From Octopus vulgaris (taxonomy: Eukaryota), in assembly GCA_951406725.2 (NCBI GenBank), contig OX597831.1:5518001-5582000 (forward strand): 64,000 nt of DNA. Reading direction: 5' to 3'. Position 1 is the stretch's first letter. Every line of letters begins with the position of its first letter. The notes beneath the pieces were generated by a model that was given only the letters and a program-made list of their open reading frames with translations, was not told the origin of the DNA and did not search any database. Shown here piece after piece: positions 1 through 13,300 of this stretch. The position numbers and the translations under genes are program-made.

Positions 1-269
1 ATGATAGTCATTATATCACACAAAAAAAAAGACAACGTTGAATGTAAGTTAATGAATAGAACAATGGAAAAATGAGAGAGATGAATTGAAGATTATCTGA
101 ACATGTTAAAAGAAACAAGAATTCTGGTAAGATTAAGAATACATTGGTTAGTAGAACTTAACAACACCGTTACATACCTGCTCTTGAATAGCTTGACAAA
201 AGAAATTCATTTGCATAGAATTGTTTCAATGTTATCATTATTATTATCATTACAATTATTATGAAAAAA

Positions 270-631
270 AAATATCATCAGAGAGGTGATGCATACCCTG
301 TGTGCACACAAGGATAAAATGAAATTCAATTCAATAAACATATTCTCAGACGAATTCATATTTCAACAAAATTACCCTAAGAGTTATTTCCCCTGCTTAT
401 CGTTTATGCACATGTAACAAAGAAAATAGACATTTTGATTCACCCGTCCCCCAGATTTGAAGATAATCAAACCAAAATTTAATGAGTTTGAGCCACTCAT
501 CCAATGAGTATCTCTACCAAATTTGGTAAAAATCCATTCAGCCATTTTCCAGTAATTTTGCAAACACACAGACAAAAAGACTAAGATGAGTGACTACAAT
601 ACCCTGCTTTTGCTTATGTGCGCAGGGTAAT
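270..631. mobile_element. Helentron-associated (HINE/DINE-like) non-autonomous element, degenerate
   Basis: Subterminal TACCCTGTGTGCACA (about 294) and terminal hairpin TACCCTGC...GCAGGGTA (600-629); internal aaatttggtaaaaatcc-type body ending in an ACAG-like run. Confidence 0.5.
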
Positions 632-679
632 TATTATTATTATTATTAATAGTAATTATAATTGTAATGACAATAATAA

Positions 680-1350
680 TGGTGCATCGGCAAAATTGTT
701 AGCACATAAGACAAAATGTTTATCGGAATTTCTTGTAGCACTTAATGTTCTGAGTTCAAATTCTGCTGAGGATTAATTTGCTTTTCATTCTTTCAGGGTC
801 TACATAAAATAAAGTACCAGTTGAGCACTGGGGTCAATGTAATCAACTAATCTTCTCCCCAAAAATGTTAGGCCTTGTGTCTATAGTGGAAAGGGGTTAT
901 TCAAAAAGGTCATGAGACACAAGCATTAACATGCCAAATAAAATGCCAAGTTGCATCTCTTCTAGCTTTACATTCTGAGTTCAAATTCCATCAAGGCTAA
1001 CTTTGCCTTTCAGCATGTTGGGATTGATAAAATAAGTACCAGTTGAGCACTGGGATTGATATAATTGACTTACCCCCACTCCCAAATTCCAGGCCTTACA
1101 CTTGTAGTAGAAACGATTATTATTATTATTATTATTATGAAGGCAGTGAGCTGGCAGGATCAGTAGCATGCCAGGCAAAATACTCAGTGGCATTTCATTC
1201 GTCTTCACATTCTGAGTTCAAATACAGCCAAGGTTGATTTTGTTTTTTACCTTCCAGGGTCAATAAAATAAGTACCAGTTGAATCCTGGGGTCAATCTGA
1301 TTGAATTAACCTCTCCCCCAAAATTGCTGGACTTGTGCCAAAATTTGAAA
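680..1350 (+). mobile_element. Three tandem degenerate tRNA-derived SINEs with MetaSINE-like core
   Basis: Repeated GAGTTCAAATTC (B-box-like) followed by CTTTCATCCTTTCGGGGTCGATAAAATAAGTACCAG-like core and (TTA)n tails. Confidence 0.8.
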
Positions 1351-1763
1351 TCATTATTTTTATTATTATTATTATTATTAATATCATTTAGGGCATTGGA
1401 TTTGCAGAATCACCTGTGTATCAGATAAAATGCTTTACAGTATTTGCACTTTACCTTGTTTCATCCTTTCGAGGCTGATTAAGTACCAGTTACGTACTGG
1501 GGTTGGCAGTACTGACTAATCTCATCTCCCTTAAAAATCTCATACCTTGTGTCTATGCTAGAAATGATTTTGATGGCAGGGAACTGACAGACGGGATCAT
1601 TTGAGCATCGGAATAAGAGCTTTGCAGTACTTCTTGAGTTCAGGTCTTGCCAAGGTCCCATTCTGGGGATGGCCTGCAAAGGCCATGAATTCTACTCCTC
1701 CACCCATTTCTTCTATCATATGAAAAGATAAAAAAAGCTTAAATGTGAAGATGTGACACCTAC

Positions 1764-1826
1764 CTTGTGGTCACCCATGCAGGTATTATGGCCTATGACA
1801 TCATATTCAAGTCGATGTTCGTCATT
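1764..1826 (-). CDS. INPP5A: INPP5A exon: [21 protein letters not shown]
   Basis: 63 nt, phase 0/0; acceptor tctctgctag, donor gtaggt; contains the conserved GDHK motif. Confidence 0.95.
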
Positions 1827-3565
1827 CTAGCAGAGATAAAGAAAGACCTTAAATGAAGTTGGGGACACAAGAGGGACTTTTGCTTTATTTATGTATTTAT
1901 TTGTAATGGAAGGAAGGGGCAGGAATGATGACCATTGCAGGCCCAACAAGACTGGTGCTCAGGTGAAGAGTTTGATGTGGTTCATGTTTATCCTGAAATT
2001 TAGGAGGGAATCAGTTCCAAGGAGCTGGAAGTTTGGAGAAGATGAATTTAGTGTTGTTTAACTCCAGGTCAACTCCAACTGAGAAGACTCATGATCAAAT
2101 CATTCCAGTCTCTGCTCTGTTTTTTTTATTCAGACTACATTAACCAACGTGTCCAACTGATTTTAAAGATAATATGATGTAAGGAATTTGGCTACTATTT
2201 CTAGAAGGTCAAGTATACTTACACAAAGACATACATATGTGCATAATGTGTGGGTGTGTATGTATGTATATATATATGTATGTAGGCATAGGAGTGGCTG
2301 TGTGGTAAGTAGCTTGCTCACCAACCTCATGGTTTCGGGTTCAGTCCTACTTGCATGGCACCTTGGGCAAGTGTCTTCTACTATAGCCTCGGGCCAACCA
2401 AAGCCTTGTGATTGGATTTGGTAGACAGAAACTGAAAGAAGCCTGTAGTGTATGCGTGTGTGTGTGTGTGTGTGTGTATATGTGCGTGTGTGTGTGTGTG
2501 TATATGTTTGTGGGTCTGTGTTTGTCTCCCCGCCCCAACATCGCTTGACAACCGATGTTGGTATGTTTACATCTCCATAACTTAGCAGTTCGGCAAAAGT
2601 GACCGACAGAATAAGTACTAGGCTTACAAAGAATAAGTCCTGGGGTCAGTTTGCTGGACTAAAGACGGAGCTCCAGCATGGCCATAGTCAAATGACTGAA
2701 ACAAGTAAAAGAGTAAAGAGTAAAAGAGTAAAAGTGTATATGTAGCAAACAGTAACTCGCTTTACAAAATGTATTGAGTGCATTTTATCATGAAATCTGC
2801 ATGAGAGATCTTCAGAGCAAGAACTCCCATCAAGCATATGTTTCAGCTGGTTCTTGACACTCTATGGGAGCTGGGTCCACCTATGCCATGTGTCCAAGGT
2901 GTCCTCCTGCTGTTTCAAAAATACTACTTTCATTAGCTCTTGAACCCAGGACCTTTGGCTGATCTTAATTCCTTGAACTGTGGTGTATACCACACAGCCA
3001 CGAAGACCACCGAAAGATCTTACAATGTGGACCTATTTAACCCCTTAACATTCAGATTACTCTGTCAAAAGCAATGCTTATTTATTCACACTGGTTTGAA
3101 TTAATCATGATGTAACTGTCTATTTTTAGAATGGCCTTGTAGGATAAGTGTGAGAAGCTGGATCTGGCCAGGTTGAACAGAAAAGAGACTGAATATTTGA
3201 GTTAAATATAGCTAGTAGAATACTAAAGGGTCAACTCAGTGGATCTATTTGAATCTGTAATTAAATACCTTAGAGTTTTATCACTGAATCTGTAAGAAAC
3301 CAATATCTTGAAGAATTGTAAAGTATTTAGTTACTAAGAAACATGCATTTGTATGAGTGTATGTATTTGTGAGGGCAGGTGTAAAGAAAGATCTATTTAC
3401 ATGGACAATTATATCCTTTGCTCTGTGGTTAAATAAGACACGGTCGCACCAAGAGGGACATCTCGTCTTCATATATGACAGCCCATCGTTTGTGTCTTCA
3501 CTAAATGGATAACTGAAAGAACAAGGTTAGACAGAGATGTCACATGAATGTATACAGCTACATAT

Positions 3566-3633
<68 letters not shown>

Positions 3634-4426
3634 ATAATATTAGGGAGTAAATCCAAACTTACAGGGAAAAATTAGATTTATGATTAAATCTAATTTTATA
3701 GTATTAATATATATATTTTATATTGAATTAGAGATAAAACCACTATTAGGCAAATCAAACAGTGAAAATCATAGGCCAATACATAGAAATAAAATTAATT
3801 AATAAAATATATAAAAAATATAAAATTATTAAGTATTATTTATTAATTAATTTTCTTTCTATGTATTGGCTTATGATTTTCACTGTTTGATTTGCCTAAT
3901 AGTGGTTTTATCTCTAATTTAATATAATATATATATATATATAAAGAAAACAGAAAATGGAGAAGTACTAGTACTGATTACCAACAATTGACTTACATCA
4001 ATTATTATTTATTAATTCAATGCAAATAGACTGCATCCCATCTAACAGCTGTTTCTGCTTCCAGAAATATCATACAACATTGGAAGCAGAAACAGCTGTT
4101 AGATGGGATGCAGTCTATTTGCATTGAATTAATAAATAATAATTGAATGTAAGTCAATTGTTGTTAATCAGTACTTCTCCATTTTCTGCTTTCTTTAAAT
4201 TTTGATTATTGATAAATCCATGTTTATTCTTGTCTTTACCTATAACTTATGAACATAATGTTTGCATATGTATGTCTATAGTTAAATATAGGTAATATTC
4301 CAGTAGTGTAATGGATACTTCTATCCCTTAGACGGGTATTTTACCCTCCAACTCAACTAACCTATATACACACATATATATATATATAGCGGAGAATTTT
4401 TTCTAGAATTTTTTTGCTAATATATA

Positions 4427-4468
<42 letters not shown>

Positions 4469-6783
4469 GTGTGTATGGAAAATGTACAGCTCTTCTATAG
4501 TAGATATAAGTAATTATAGTAGTTACTATTAGTTACATCTAATCACCATCTTCATCATTTAGCATCCGCTTTCCATGCTAGCATGGATTGGACGATTTGA
4601 CTGAGGACTGGCGAACTAGATGGCTGCACCAGGCTCCAGTCTAACCTGGCAGAGTTTCTACAGCTGGATTCTCTTCCTAATGCCAACCACTCCGAGAGTG
4701 TAGTGGGTGATTTTACGTGCCACTGGCACAAGGGCCAGTCTGGTGGTACTGGCAACGGCCATGCTTGAAATGGTGTTTTTTACATGCCACCTCCACAGGA
4801 GTCAGTCCAGTGGCACTGGCAACGACATCATCCAAATGTTTTGTCCAGTAAGGCAATGTGCAGCTATGTTATAAAACTTATTAGTGATGATAAAAATTAA
4901 CATTAGTAGTGTACACTGTTGTAGTAATTAATGTAATGGTGAAAATATAGTAGACAGTGTTGCAGTATATAGTGATATGGTCTTATAATGTTGTAGCTAG
5001 GTCAAGGAGTTCAATGATAAAATTGAACCTAAAGAAAAAATGAGCACTCAGAGAGGCAACACCAACGTCTTCTCAACAATTAGCCAGAGATGATTATTTT
5101 TAAAATGAGAATATCTGAAATAAGCTTGAATGCTCTCATAAATGAGAATACTAAAAATGGACCTGAACACTCCCAAAAATTAACAAAAAAAAACAAAAAC
5201 AGAAAAATGATCCTGAATCTTTGTCCAGTACTGGATCGATCCCAAAATCTAATCAGTTCGTGCCAGTCACGAGGCCAAACATCCCTGAGAGTTTCATCCA
5301 AATCCATCCAGCGGTTCTTGAGATATCTTGTCCACGGACAAACAAACACAATTGGAAACAATACCTTTGCTAAGGTGGAGGCAATGATGCGACACTTCTA
5401 TAGTTTCATAAATAATTGGAAAAATCACGTGTGTAGTGTGTGGGGGTATAACATTTTAAGAAATAATTACTTGATAATTAATTAGTGTAAAACTCACTGA
5501 CCTTGGTGGGAAACTAATTTCAAATTCTGATATTTGGTCTTTGAATGCATCTAACTCTGTATCATACTGTTGCAACTGGAAAAGATATATAAACATGCAT
5601 ATATAAATATTTATGACACACACATATACACACTATGAAAGAAAAATAGGGATTGAATAAATCCAGGTAAACACTTCAGTAAACACTGCAGGTAAACAAA
5701 ACTCAGCTCAGGAGACAACTGTTCTGTAAATTAGTTTGACTGGGTTAACAGATCAATTAAGCATGTAAACCACTATGCATAATTCGTTCAACTCACTGGA
5801 TCATTTGAAACTTGCGTAAGGGAATAAAATATATGAATATAATTCTTTATTTCTTTACTATATGCACACAGGTGAGGGAGTGGCTGTGTGGTAAGAAGCC
5901 AGGGCAAGTGCCTTCCACTATAGCCTCGGGCCAATTATAAATCTGGGATGTAATAGATAGGGTGAAACAAGTAAAAGACAATCGTAGCAGGCGATGCAGA
6001 ACAAAGGGGAAGAGGTAGATAGATGATGTGGCCCAGGGCAGTCGAAGATACAAAGGTGAGATGTAAAAATGTCTTTGATCAAAATCCATTCCAGCCATGA
6101 CTATCATGTATGTATATCCATGACTTTCTAATGTCTTTGTTGTTTGGGGTTCTTTTTTTAAAGGTTTTTTTGTTGGTCTAAAGGAATATATGGCAAAACT
6201 AGTGTTGAAGCGACTAAATAATATATTTGATATAAAACAGTCACCTCCATAGAAGACAGCTGAAGGTTGAGGGCAGGGCGAGAGTTAATGCACTCACAGT
6301 ACAACATCTGTAGCACATGCGGTGAAACGGGGGTGGGGGGATAGTGAGTATGGGCGGCCAGAAAGGGGGTTGTGGGGACAGAAGAGATGGGGAGAGGGGT
6401 CAATAGATGTTCCACGTAGATGGGTGGTGGGAGTGGGAATAACATGTAGGGCAAGTGTGTGTGCATGTGTGTGGTAGGTGTATAACAAAGAGCAAGGGAA
6501 GGAGACAGAAGAGGAAGGCAAGAGGAGCAGTATAGTCATGGTGATAAATGACCTTTCTGTCATATCACAACATATTATTTTAATGTCCATTTATATCAGT
6601 GTGTATGTATGTATGTTTATATACACGTTATTGTGTGTGTGTGTATACATATATATATATGTAAAGGTGTTATATATATATATATATATATATCAGTGTG
6701 TATGTTTGCATGTATATATCATTGTGCATGTACATATACACATGTTTATGAATGAGTATGTATGTAAGGACTGCATAAGGATA

Positions 6784-6829
<46 letters not shown>

Positions 6830-8335
6830 TATACAAGTAGACAGACAGACATGCACAACCTCACATGTATATAAAATCTATAGTGATAGGTACATGTGTA
6901 CAAGTGCACATGAAGATGTCTGAGTGTGTGCATGGAGAAATATATAGATATAAGCTGTCATACATCTGCTTCTGTGCGGGCGGCACATATAACACATATA
7001 TATATATATACACACATATATCTATGTGTGTTTGTGTGTGTGTGAGAGAGAAAAAGAGGGAGAAGACGTATATGTTAGGAGCTATTCACATGAACACACA
7101 CACACTATCACACACACACACACACTATCACACACACACACGCACACACGCACACACACACTCGGCTATGGCAGCAGCATATCAACAGGAAAAGATAAAA
7201 GCATAATTCAAATGTGATAAAGTGATCTGTGCATTAACCGATTGCTCTCTGCAACTGAAATGCGGAGAAAAATTAGGGGTCAGAGTTAGAGTTCAGCAGT
7301 TTGTGATGCTGACAGACACATAACTCTCCATCACCGCCGCCACCACAACAGCCATCATCATCATATTGATAAAAGACCAAAGTCTTTGTACCATCGACAT
7401 CATTTTGTTGCTGACAGGAGTAAGACAAATAACAAAAGTAAATCCCATCTACATCTGTATATATATATATACACACACAATTGTGGTGTGTAGAATACAG
7501 TGTCAGATATGGTCTGTGTATTCCATATTTTATTGTATTGAGTATTTGGTGGTGGTTGCGGACTAGTTGTCAGCACTAGATCTTTACAGGTTATATGATG
7601 TTAGCACTATCCCTCTACACTGTCACACCATTGTATCACATCATCATCACATCACTGTATCTCTACACTATCACACTATTGTGTCTCTGCAATGTCACAT
7701 CCTTGTGTCTCTACACTGTCACATTGCTGTCTCTACATTGTTATACTGTTGTGTCCTCTACACTGTATCTCTACACTGTCACACTGCTGTGTCTCTACAC
7801 TGTTACACCACAGTGTCTCTACACTGTCACACCACTGTGCCTCTGCACTGTTACATTGCTGTCTCTACATTGTTACATCATTGTGTCTGTACACTGTCAT
7901 ACCACTGTATTTCTACATTGTCAGAATGCTGTATCTCTATGCTGTCACACCCACAACGCCATATCTCTACACTGTCACATTGCTGTGTCTCTACACTGTC
8001 ACATCACTGTCTCTACATTGTTACACCATTGTGTCTTTACACTGTCATGCCACTGTATCTCTACACTGTCACACTGCTGTATGTACATATGTGAGTATAT
8101 GTGTTTGTGTCTCTTAGCCTTAACGTGTGATAGTTGTAAATGAGTGTCACTGACATGCAAGCAGTGTCCTTCCTTTGTGTGAGAACATGTCTGACTGGGG
8201 GGGGGAGATATTACCTTACCTTACATGGAAACAGTTAACAGTTGGTGGCAGGAAGGGCATCCAGCTGTAGAAAATCTGTCTCAAATAAACTCTGTCTGAC
8301 CCATGTAAGCATAGAACAATGGAGGTTAAATGATC

Positions 8336-8368
<33 letters not shown>

Positions 8369-8444
8369 TCAAAATAAAAACACGATACCTACACCACCAA
8401 ACGGTATATACAGGTGCTTACAATTATCAAGTACTCACCCCGAT

Positions 8445-8516
<72 letters not shown>

Positions 8517-10330
8517 TATATGCACACAGACACACATGGAGATACATACATGAATATATAGTAATATACTTACCATGTTATTTTTGTTATAAAAGAATTC
8601 TGTGTGTTTATCATGATAATTAAACTGTTTGCTCTCCACAGTCAGTATGGCCTGCAAAAGGATGTTAAAATAATTTTTTTTTAAATTAGAAAATAGCAAC
8701 AATTATAAAACAACTAAAAAGGGTTTTTAATTTTAAAAAAAAGGTGGGGTTTCAAATAAAGCCACAATAATTATGCACCAACCCAATACTATATTGCACT
8801 CATGGAATCCCAAAAATCTTAAATGGACCCTGGGTGAGAACCTCTGGGTGAGAACCTCTGGGTAAGATGGATTCAACATAGTTCAAAGCAGTTCTTATTT
8901 GAAAGCCACTACCTTTATCAACTCTTGATACCTGATAATTTCAGCCGGGGTTTTCTATAGGCCAATGCTGGTACCATGATGAAATACACCCAGTGTAGTC
9001 ACTTAAGAGAAGAACTTTTAGTTTTGTTAAAGAGCTGACAGCCTCAATAGTGATGGTGCCAAAACGATGCACCCTGGTCACTCAGAAAAGTGATTGGTGT
9101 TAGAGAGAGCAATCAGCCATATTAAAAACCATATTAAAAATTAGATTGCCGTGCAGAATGTGTTTCTCTGACCCAGTTAGGAGAATAGCAATGACCCATG
9201 CATCCCATGATGATGATGATGATGATATATTATGAGAAACAAGTGGGAGAGTGTGTATATGAGAGAGAGAGAGAGTAGGTGTGTGAGAGAGAGATTGAAG
9301 AAAGTCTGAAAAAGAATGTGAAACAGTTTAATGTGGCAAACTGACATTTCTGTATTAATAAATCTCCGAACGAGATGTAAACAGTAACCGCTCGACAACG
9401 TAAAGTGTACTAGCCATCTGAATGTGGCTAGCCACTGGGGGTGGGTGTTACTGACGTTTAGCCCCAGGAGATCGACGTCACCAGCTGGTTTTGACACAAT
9501 TTCTGTGCCCCATGATATTTGCAAAGGGAGGTCATCCTCTCCTCAAAACCTAAGTGATACATACGGACCATAGTTTCAAGGTTTTTGCCATACGTTGACG
9601 AGAGGCAAAAACCTTGAAACTATAGTCCGTATGTATCACTTAGGTTTTTGAGAGAGGATGACCTCCCTTTGCAAATATCATAAGGGCACAGAAATTGTGT
9701 CTAAGACCAGCTGGTGACGTCGATCTCCTGGGGCTAAAAGCGTCAGTAACACCCACCCCCAGTGGCTAGTCACATTCAGATGGCTAGTACACTTTACGTT
9801 GACATTTCTGTATTTCATACAAACTCTCCTATTCAACAACTCCATTACAACTTTCAGTCTACCCCCATCCCCTTTTCCCCCATTTATGTTTTATGCCATG
9901 CAGACCTTGGACCCAAGATTTTCCCATGCAATATTCTGGATTGTATATGGATCTTCTGTAAGATTTGATAAACTTGAATTTGGGAAAAGATGATGCTGTG
10001 TCAAGATGTACAAACATTAGTCATCATCATCATCATCATCATCGTTTAACGTCAGCTTTCCATGCTAGCATGGGTTGGACGGTTCAACCGGGGTCTGGGA
10101 AGCCAGGAGGCTTCACCAGGCTCCAGTCTGATTTAGTAGTGTTTCTACAGCTGGATGCCCTTCTTAATGCCAACCACTCCGTGAGTGTAGTGGGTGCTTT
10201 TTATGTGCCACTGACACAGGTGCCAGACAAGGCTGGCGAACGGCCATGCTCGGTTGGTGCTTTTTACATGCCACCAACACGGAGGCCAGGCGAGGCTGGC
10301 AACGGCCATGATCAGTGGAGGTTAAATGAT

Positions 10331-10385
<55 letters not shown>

Positions 10386-13300
10386 GTACCACAAACTACA
10401 AATTCCATTGATGTTGATCGATTTCGATTTTGATTTGATTTTTGATTTTCACTTGCCTCAACAGATCTTCACAAGTAGAGTTATGTGTGCCAAGAAGGAA
10501 GGTATGCACAGGTGGACTGACTACGTCCCAGGTAGGGGCCACGGGTTATGGCCTCACTTGTCCTACCGGGTATTTATAAATATACATAGACGTCTTCTTT
10601 CTTTCTTTATGCCTTTAACCCTCCAATGCGGAGTATAGGCCACTTATAATTGAATTCCATGTCGCATAATTTTTGGCTTCTGTACTTATACTCTGCCATG
10701 AATGTCCCCTTTTCTCTAGTTCCTTTTGTGTTGATCTCCGCCACAAGTTCTTAGGCCTACCTCTCCTTCTATATCCAACCGGTTTCCACTTTAAAGCACT
10801 TTTCACTACATTTGGTGTGTCTTTTCTAATTGTGCTACCAATCCACTTCAACTTTTTCTTAAATATTTGCTCCCTAATCAAAACTTCATTTCTTCTTTAC
10901 CATAGCTCCATATTGCTTATGTGTTCGGGCCAACTAATTTTAAGTATACTTCACAAGCATCTGCTGATGAATGATTGCATTTGCTTATTTGACTTAACCC
11001 TTTCGTTACCAACCCGGCTGAAACCGGCTCTGTACAAATGTCTCGTTTTCATAAGTTTTGAATTAAAATCTTCCACCAAACTTTAATTACAATTTATGTT
11101 CCTAACACTAGCTTAATGATAACTAAGTTATTTTACTAAATTCTTTGTTATATTTAACCCTTTTGATACTAACCCAGCCAAAACCGGCTCTGGCTCTGTA
11201 GTATAAATGTCTTGTTTTCATAAGTTTTTCATTAAAATATATCACCAAACCTTAGTCACAATTCATGATCCTAACAGTAGCTGAATGATGAGTAAGTTAT
11301 TTTACTAAATTCTTTGCTATATTTACAATTAATTGAAAGAAACACAGAGCATCTCAAAATGAATCCGGTAATGAAAGGGTTAAAGTAATTAAAAGAAACA
11401 CAGAGCATCTCAAAATAAATACAGTAACGAAAGGGTTAACTATTGTTTGTCATGTCTCATACAATAACACTGCTTTTACGTTAGTGTTAAAAATTCTTAT
11501 TTTGTTCTTTATTGAAATTACACTTGCACTCCATACTTTCTTTAACATACATAGACGTAATAAATAAAAAATCAAATGTCAATATTTTGAATGCATTTAA
11601 TACACATGTTTCAAGTAATTATGTAAGAAAAAAATCTTCAGTCAAAATATTTCAAAATGTTTTGGCTAAGAAAGATATGGAAGAAAATTATGTAAGTGTA
11701 TATACAGGGTGGCCCAAAAGTCTCAGAGGGGTCTAAAAGTTTAATAAATTTGTTTTAATCACATTTTTTATATTTGTTATTCACAAAATGTGACTCTTCA
11801 CTTCTAATATACATATATTTCCTGTATACATTATATACACATATACTATATGTGGTGCTAAGTTACTGTAAATTTAAAACAGCATAAATGAATTATTAAC
11901 ACCTTTGTAAATTTTGGGACACCTTGTATGTATGTATGTATGTATGTATATGTTTACACATACACTCAATGTGACAACATATATTCAGAAGCTTTTACGG
12001 ACTTACTTTCTCATTGTTGTCTGCTTCTATGAAGACAATTTTGGCCAACTGGTCCTTCTTGCCTTTGGTATGTTGAGGGAGAGTTTTGTCTGTTAATTCC
12101 TGCAATATGTAGAGATATGGTAGTGATAGTTAGTACAACATATAGGTGTATATGTGTGTAAGCATAAACATTTTGAAGAACTCTAGTTTTTTTGGCATTC
12201 AGATTACTTTGTCAAATATAATGCTTATTTATTCACATCATTTTGAATTAATCAGGATTATTAATTATATTTGATCAATGTGATCATATATTTTTAGAAT
12301 GGCATAGTAAGGTAGGTGTGAGAGGTAAGATCTGGCCAGTTTGAATATTTCTAGTCTAAATGCAAAAAGGTTAAGGCACAAGTTAGCTCCTTGTTTGAGA
12401 AGAAAAGTGAAAAGGTTTGAAATCATTTCTGGATACTAGACATCATTTGATTCCAAAGATTTATGGATTATCTAGAATTTAGGAGAGCTGGAATCAATTT
12501 GAGAAACAAATCAGGTTGGATCAGAACACCTGGAATAATTACAAAAAAGAAAAAAAGAGAAAACATACCTTGATTAATAGATGTGAATCCAGTCGGAAGT
12601 TGAAGTCACCAAAAATAAACATCGGTAATTTTTCAAATTTATCTTCATCGAATCTGGAACAAAAAAAAATAATAATAATAATAAAAATGATGTATATAGA
12701 AAGTTAAATTATTTACAAGTAAATGTTTTGTTTTTTGTATTTGGTTTGCAAGATTCTTGACGTGAATTTGTGTTCTGAAACAGATTTTGTTGCATCTTGG
12801 GAGGGTCATTATGCCAATGATAGACACACGCACTGGTTATACTTCCCTTCTATATTACTCATCAGTTGGTTAACTATTTCACCAGTTAACTAATTTATTG
12901 ATTAATCATTCAGTAAATCAATCAGTTATGTTTGTCAAAGTCTGAAGCTGGCCTGGAGTAAAGAGGGCATATTACTGAAGAGGTCATGAATGGCAACAAA
13001 AAGGACTTTGACAAACACAACTGATTGATTGATTCACAGAATGATTAATCAATCGATTAGTTAATTGGTGAAATAGCTAACAAATTGACAAATAATAATA
13101 ATTAAGAAGTGAAATAGAACCAGTGAAATGACCCACCTGAGATACTGAATATTATTTATATAATAGATGATGGGCAAGATTAACTGCTGCACAGTTTAAC
13201 ACCCCACAACTGATGTTTAGATACCTTGTAGTCTGGATGGAAGGCTTAACACTTTGTCTACAAACTTTAAAAAAACTTTTAACCATATATGGACCACTAT

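Noticed and set aside
178-220. Minus-strand donor-like CAG|GTATGT as a candidate next INPP5A exon
   Set aside because: The upstream translation (FYANEFLLSSYSRA) lacks the expected PV(F/Y)L after GDHK and has no convincing acceptor; unresolved without RNA data.
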